Positions 58,422 to 64,000 of a stretch of 64,000 nt of DNA are shown in pieces. Within the stretch, counting starts at the first letter, position 1. The number at the start of each line of letters is the position of its first letter. Both the position numbers and the translations under genes were made by a program. The notes under the pieces are model-generated. The model saw only the letters and a list, made by a program, of their open reading frames with translations, was not told the origin of the DNA and did not search any database. The stretch is taken from the NCBI GenBank assembly GCA_030141605.1, contig JAQGDQ010000082.1, positions 310,001 through 374,000 on the forward strand, read 5' to 3'. Origin of the DNA: Tubiluchus corallicola. Taxonomy: Eukaryota > Animalia > Priapulida.

Positions 58422-58980
58422 CGACTATTCTACTTTTCCTCCCTGTCTCGTTGGTTAACGTCACAGCCAAATACAAGTACCCAATAATTATATCATCAAG
58501 ACTAAGTCTAATCGAGTCTCACTAATGTGTTTTCAGAATGACAGGTAAGTGGTAATGCAAGATAAACTTGCATAGATTGATTACCTTCAGGTTCGGCGAA
58601 TGCCGTTGAAAACCAGGAGTTATCCCAGTCATTGTTGTATCGACATTCCAAAATTTTCGGCTGATTGACATGGACACCACAAGTAGGAAGTGTTAGTTAT
58701 TCTAACATTTAACAACATTAGTTCAGCGCTGAGCCTCTCTCATCTGCAGGCCTTCTCCGCTAATCGGTGAATGTAATTTGACCACCAGTCAGTTGAAATG
58801 TGGAAGTGACCAATAAAAGGTTATTGCTGTTCACGCATTCCAAGACATTCTCACTTAACAAGTCTGCATGATTATCACCACAGACGTAGCTTGTTTTTGT
58901 AATAATCAGAAATTGAAGCTCTTTATCTGATAATATGAATATAAACATATGAATATGATACAAGTTATCTTATATAACTA

Positions 58981-59280
58981 CAGAGTCTTCCAAGAAAAAC
59001 GGTGCAGCAGAAATATGCTGAACAAATAGCAAGAAAACCCAGATGAGTGTTAAGACGTATAGCAAGTGAATATACTATAGCCTTTTAAAAAAATAATGTG
59101 ATAGACATAAACTGACACGAAAAAAGCTGACGAAGAAAATGTTCATGGATTTCAGGGTCAATGACGCAATGACGTAAAAATAATTTTGTGTTTGCATAAT
59201 TCGAATTTTTTGCCATATAGCTTGGCTAACCACATTTATTGGCCTTTGTTGGTTTGATGTTGTTTTTTTGGAATACCCTG
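58981..59280. mobile_element. Tc1/mariner-type MITE, copy 3 (300 bp), inverted relative to copy 1
   Basis: TA|CAGAGTCTTCCAAGAAAAAC ... GTTTTTTTGGAATACCCTG|TA. The internal GTGCAGCAGAAATATGCTGAACAAAT...CAGATGAGTGTTAAGAC matches the reverse complement of about 12543-12612. Confidence 0.75.
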
Positions 59281-60021
59281 TAGATTAACAAATAAAAGTT
59301 ATGGCAAAAATGGGCGAAACACCAGGACGCTGCGTGGATGCAGGATCAACGAAGATGGAGAATTTCGTGTTTTTTCCCATTCAAGTTTTCCATGTTCAAA
59401 TGTTTGATTTTTGGCTACATAAATTCATGTCTACAACTGACCACTAACGATCGCGAAACCCCAATTAATTAAGAAGCTAATCGAAACTGCAAGCAGCTAT
59501 GGTCACGCGGAAGCAACAGTTCAAGTTTTTGTGTAGGAAGTGGCACAATTCAATAGACCGTAGATTTACGTTATTTATAAAGCGTCGTAAGTTTAAGATT
59601 AGATCAAATTAATTCTTTTAAACAAACAGAAATGCGAGATGAAGAGCTTTCGAACGTTTAGTGGTCCTAACCAGAAGTGAAATTTAAGTCTCAGCATGTC
59701 CACTAACCAAACAAGACCTTTCCACATGCAGATACCTGTTTCCAGATAATATCTGAAATGTCTTATAATAGGGTGCTTCTGATTCTCAGGACAAAAATAG
59801 TTTTATCAGGATCAAACCCCAGGGATTGCTTCCGTTCTGGCGACAATAGCGTCTATTGTGAGGCTGAGGTTATGCCAACATTTCAGCGATAACATCTCCA
59901 CTCGATACTGCTGCTCTGAACCTCTTTTACTCATTAGTGGATATCCTTCTTCCGCAAGCACTTAGCAGGATAAAGTTAAAACTCCTTCCCAATGGCAAAG
60001 AAATAAATATCTTTGTATAGT

Positions 60022-60148
<127 letters not shown>

Positions 60149-63040
60149 TTATATAAGATATATATAACATACACATAACATAAAAACTGGTTCTAAGTAT
60201 GTTTTAGCTAACCAAGGCTTGGCTGAGATAGATAAATTACTGTTTCAAAAAGGTTTCGCAGGTTGATTTCTTAAATATCGAAATAGTTAAAAAATAAAAC
60301 CCAGAATTCAAAAGTGTGTTTTCTATTCTTGCACCTTGCAAATTCTTCCAAAAGCCTATTCTTGCAATGACGCATTAAAAATATAGGCTTTGTTATATAG
60401 GCCTTAATTGCTGAAAACTTCAGTCCGAGTCAGAAAAGTAACCTTTGAATGTAAACTTGCTCGAATGGCACATGTAGAGGTAAACCCTCAAGGGTTTGTC
60501 ATCATCATTTAAACTACTTGTTTTCCCTCTTACTTTTGTCTCTTTTGTTCAGAAAAACCAACAAGCAATAGTCGTTAGATAACCCTTCGGGCACTTAGAA
60601 CTGGGCAGTTAAAACTATGACACTGTAGAGTTCTATTTCTCTTTCTTTGAAAACCAGCTTTGCTTGAAATAGACATAGTCGTGGTGTCACCATAAGCTTT
60701 AAAATATTATGACCATTAAAAAACGACGGAGAACTTTAGGCAAGACTAGTGGGTCAGCAAAAGATACACAGAGAAATGATTTTATTTTGGGTTACTCGCT
60801 TGCGATGTAGTCTTACAAACTGATCTTTTTCGCTGTGAAACCTGTCTTGTTCTCGTTGTTCACGCAACACATTTTAGCCAGTTTGTATATTGTGTTTAGT
60901 AGACGTAATAGAATAGTAATAGACATAATGGCATAACTTCGTATTGTAATTTTTTACGATAAAGTGGATACTATTGCAACGTAAAACGGCGTTCTAAACG
61001 ACGTATCCCAGCAGTTAGGCAAGCGAGTAACCGAATGCTTCGCATTCAGGGCGTTTTTTGATTCGTTTTTATTTACATACATGTATTACACATTTTCGAC
61101 CTATGAACGATTTTTAAACTGCTCCAAAATATGGACAATAGAAAAACAGTTTCATTTTAAAAATAAAAAAACTTTCGAACCAAAGCCTGTGTAGTGTGTA
61201 ACGCACGTCTGTATCAATGAAACACCTATGAAAGCCCATAAGGTTTGACAATGTGGCAAATTAATGTTCCTTTGACCGTTACAAATTTACCCATCGAATC
61301 TTTTTAGCTCATAGAAACAGGTGTGTTCTATCTGTGCAGATCAAAGGGTCCTAAGCGATGTAATTATACCTACAAAATATGGCTAATGATACATTCTTTC
61401 TTTGTTGTGCTCAATTTTACAAAGCGCAGATAGGGGCGACAGAAGGCGATGTTCTGTGGATTGTTATGCGGTAGGCATACTGGATAATGTTGCAGGATTT
61501 CTGTATTTCTTGAAGTGTTAATTTTGCTTAATTTTTGTATCCTTGGATCAAAGCACTCTAGAACATGACTCCTGTAGTAAAGATATGATTGAACTGTGTC
61601 AGCGAATATTGCAACGTTAGGATAATGTAATAACTTTTGTTATGACAGAGGACAAATGGAATGTCACTGAAAGGTCATCGCCGTGTTCAGAAAAACAAAA
61701 TTAAACATATTTTGAATCCGGATCAAAGGTCACGTGATGGGTGATCAGGTTCAAACTCTGATAATATGGCATGAGTCTATATAATTTATCAAAAATCCTT
61801 AAAAATGCATTGTCGCACAGACTAGCATAATAGCATTTGCATGGAGTTAGTAATGCTGGGTCCCATCTTTGCCAACTAAGTGCCAGGCATGCAAATGTAA
61901 AATCTCGACCTTAGTAAAAACATTCGATGACCAATTAATTCTAATTTACTGAACATCTAAACTCTTTCACAACTAGACAAACACACAGTTCACTAAATCG
62001 TATGAACATAAAATAAGGGATACGGGTGATGTAACAGGTTCGACATACCAAGGAGTCTCAAGGAGATGTTCATGTAAACATTTTATATAATAAATTTGCG
62101 TAGTATAGAGGATGATAATTTTCCGTACTGTTGCGTGTGATACAATGCCACAGTTGTCATAGAAGTACTTAATTGCAGCGTTCACAAAATTGGGTCTTTA
62201 ACGGTTCTCATTCCTCCTTCTTTAGTGAAGACAGATGGTATTTAGAAAAACACAAAATCCTGAAATATGCTTTATGCAGCCAGGTATTTTACCTGTCACC
62301 TATCACCTGGCTCAGGTAAATGATGAGTGATGACCAGAGACACATGTTGGTAAAACGCTATCATTCTCTTTCATGTGTAATTTGCGACAAAATTTAATGT
62401 GGGTTGACACAACAAGAGGGCTTTTACTGGCCATGTTAATGGATGTGCGTGAAGAAAGGTGTGGGTTGGGTGTATGTTGAACTACATGATTAATTGTGTA
62501 GGTGTTTCTTAGCGAGAAGTCATAACAACTAAAGACCATTTTTCAAAGTATAATCGCGTTTTATGAAGTTTATAAAATTATTCCCTGTAAATGTCATCTT
62601 CTGAATCATTCAATCTCTATCCCTCGTGGGGACATTAATTACTAATTCCATTATATCAAAAATCTTTTATCTAGAGGTCATTACCATCAACAAGATGGTC
62701 TTGAAAAAGGGAAAGAGATAAAAACGTAACAAATTGAGTACATAGTAAAGATCGCAAACAAACTTCACAAGGAAAGACGACATTCAAATAGAGTAAATAA
62801 GACATAAGACCTTGCAAAAAATATATTTAGAAAAGTAAAATAAGAAATAAGTCGTGTTAAAAGAACTCAAAGCTCGATATATAATAAGCACAAATTTAGA
62901 TGTAGAAAGATTTAGATCTAGAATTCAGAGATTTGCAAAAATCCTAGTTTGAAAGCCACCTTTCAAGTTAATTAAAAATAATTAATAAACTTGAATGAGC
63001 ACTAATACACCGCAAACAATTTCATAATAAGCGGAAATGT

Positions 63041-63129
63041 ATTTTTAGGTATTTTTTATTACTTAGTAAATATAAAAAAGTAAGAATGGAAATGTATGTG
63101 TTACTAAGTAATAAAAAATACCTAAAAAT
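63041..63129. repeat. Perfect 29-bp inverted repeat with a 31-nt spacer
   Basis: ATTTTTAGGTATTTTTTATTACTTAGTAA (63041-63069) and its exact reverse complement (63101-63129). Confidence 0.92.
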
Positions 63130-64000
63130 TTGATTTGTATGTTTTTATGGTAATAAACTTAAATTTTTGGAAACGATGCAATGGAGTAAGTAAGTGACAT
63201 TTAAAGTTTAATCTGCACTCCCTGGAAACGATTGAAAAAAGGAATAGTAGAAGAAAAGGGAGAAACCTAGAGATTTGCTGCCCGCTGTTAACAAATCAAG
63301 AACAAACGAAAACCAAATAATAAAAAAGTAGACCAAATAAAAAATAAAAAAAGAAATTTTTGCTAACTTTGAATGTGATCATAATTTATGTCACAATAAT
63401 ACTGCATGACAATTTAAATTACAACAAAATAATGTTTTCGATTGCTGTTATGTACGTTAGATTTGGCCTATACACTTATTAAGCTTAAATATACTATTTA
63501 TGCATTTTAGCGCCTCATAGCGGCGAATTTAATAAATAATGACCTAAAATCGCATTGCGAAGCTCATTAAGCTTCGTCTGACTGGAAGTTGAATGGGCAG
63601 ACAAGCTTGAAATTACTTTTGAGATTGCCAAACTGACAGCTACAATTGCAAAACGTTTTCGATTAACTACCAAATTTGTCGACGTAAACACGCACAAACA
63701 AATAAAACAAATGTTGAAGTTCAAGGCTAAATACGATTTTTTTACAGCTTATGCCCCTCTTAATCTTAATTCAGTCCCTTCTCTCGATCTGAATTTCAAT
63801 AAACAAACGCATTTGCAGAGCTTTTGCAGCAGTCACTTTAACTTTTAAATGCTCTAAAGCTGTTTGTTTTATATACAGAATATTTATTGCAAATCTTTGC
63901 TACGAAAAATATTAAGAGTCATTCCGTGAGAAAATCAGCAAAATAGTGGAAGGTGACAAATCACCGATTTTGTTCATATTCACAGGGTTTGATGGTCCCC

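Overview
AT-rich, microsatellite-rich animal genomic DNA from an invertebrate bilaterian (a lophotrochozoan is my guess from the repeat landscape; it cannot be proven here). The window holds one protein-coding gene: a 5'-partial UNC5-family netrin receptor on the minus strand (Ig-Ig-TSP1-TSP1-TM-ZU5-UPA-Death). I traced 13 coding exons by hand between 43409 and the TGA at 472-474. All have GT-AG boundaries and consistent phases (2783 nt in total, about 927 codons before the stop). Four of these exons are not in the ORF track: TSP1-2, a 33-nt microexon, the UPA-end exon and the last exon. The signal-peptide exon was not found and probably lies beyond 64000. The rest is intron containing microsatellites, three copies of a TA-flanked Tc1/mariner-type MITE, other MITE- and Helentron-like remnants, and decayed tRNA-derived SINE heads. 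The best leads are all isoform-related: (1) a frame-preserving 33-nt microexon between TSP1-2 and the TM exon, matching the position and size of the regulated vertebrate UNC5B exon 8; (2) a 64-nt stop-containing cassette or terminal exon candidate that would remove the death domain; (3) a C-terminal -SRL motif. There is also a perfect 29-bp foldback near 63.1 kb. I found no evidence of a prokaryote-type system (CRISPR, operon, intact transposase).
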